This document shows positions 63,409 through 64,000 of a stretch of 64,000 nt of DNA, piece after piece. The notes beneath the pieces were generated by a model. The model saw only the letters and a program-made list of their open reading frames with translations. It had not been told where the DNA came from and made no database searches. This DNA is from Cetorhinus maximus (Eukaryota). A program made the position numbers and the translations under genes. Every line of letters starts with the position of its first letter. Positions within the stretch are counted from its first letter, which is position 1. The stretch is from the NCBI RefSeq assembly GCF_964194155.1, contig NC_135890.1, positions 107,322,001 through 107,386,000 on the forward strand. The letters run 5' to 3'.

Positions 63409-64000
63409 GTAAGTTATTTTATTTTTAAAGCAGCACATGGAATTAATAATGTTTACAATACTATTTACAATATCAGAAACTTTACCTTGCTTAAGTACAG
63501 AGATGTTTTCTGACGTGATTGTGAAGTTTCCTGTTTTCTGTGTTGTACTCCCTTCTCTCTAGAATATGTAAACTTGCTGTAGGACACAGTTTCAAGGGTG
63601 GCAGTTGCCTCCAGTGTCTCAACTAAATTAATGGGATTAGGTGGGATCATCATCATTTCATGGGACGATCTCAAAATGATGTCGATTTGCCCTTACAACG
63701 GCACAAATTTCGCGGAAAACCTGGATCAAAAGGGGATTTTTTTTGCCTAAAGGGACAGAATGTTTTTGACCTGCTTGTTTTAAAAGCTCAGCAGCTTTAG
63801 CTGTTTTTCTGTTAAAGGGAACATTTACTTCAAATCTGTTTCTCTTAAAAAATTACATTTGGATGAACTTTTATCAAAGGTGCAGCATGCTTAAAATATG
63901 CTCCTCAAAATCAATAACAGTCCCAATTCCTAAAGTCACAACACACTTGTAAAGCAATTCTAATTTTAAGACAATAAAGAACTGGTGTGTTACCTGAAAT

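Larger units (their letters stand above)
50865..64000. repeat. Segmental tandem duplication, unit C (runs off the window end)
   Basis: Colinear with unit A 1..~14265. Visibly more diverged than A vs B after ~53300. Confidence 0.97.

Noticed and set aside
1-64000. Prokaryotic system (CBASS/CD-NTase operon, CRISPR array)
   Set aside because: The genes have spliceosomal GT-AG introns, ISREs and vertebrate LINEs. No operon or repeat-spacer structure is present.
1-64000. Array as a false duplication of haplotypes in the assembly
   Set aside because: Three colinear copies with distinct multi-kb indels, TE insertions and a consistent breakpoint cannot be two alleles. Read-level confirmation is still desirable.

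Overview
Eukaryotic (vertebrate) genomic DNA. Its repeat content (CR1-type LINEs, Penelope-like remnants, Harbinger-type elements) resembles that of a cartilaginous fish, which is an inference only. The window is a tandem segmental array of a 23-28 kb unit: base 1 matches 28027 and 50865. The unit carries an interferon-effector pair arranged head-to-head. On the minus strand is an ISG15-like di-ubiquitin gene ending LRLRGG. On the plus strand is a six-exon 2'-5' oligoadenylate synthetase-like (OASL) gene with an intact P-loop, all three catalytic Asp, and a C-terminal ubiquitin-like (UBL) region ending LRLRGG-KET. Each copy is altered differently. Copy A has an intact ISG15, and its OASL has lost UBL1 through a 722-bp deletion that leaves an in-frame cryptic acceptor before UBL2. 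Copy B has ISG15 deleted and a complete 502-aa two-UBL OASL. Copy C has an ISG15 with a lost stop codon and a 38-aa tail, and an OASL (only exon 1 in the window) whose ISRE promoter is deleted. The remainder is mostly transposon debris, including short TSD-flanked inserts with hammerhead-like cores and a MITE containing a degenerate copy of OASL exon 4. All alignments and counts were done by eye.
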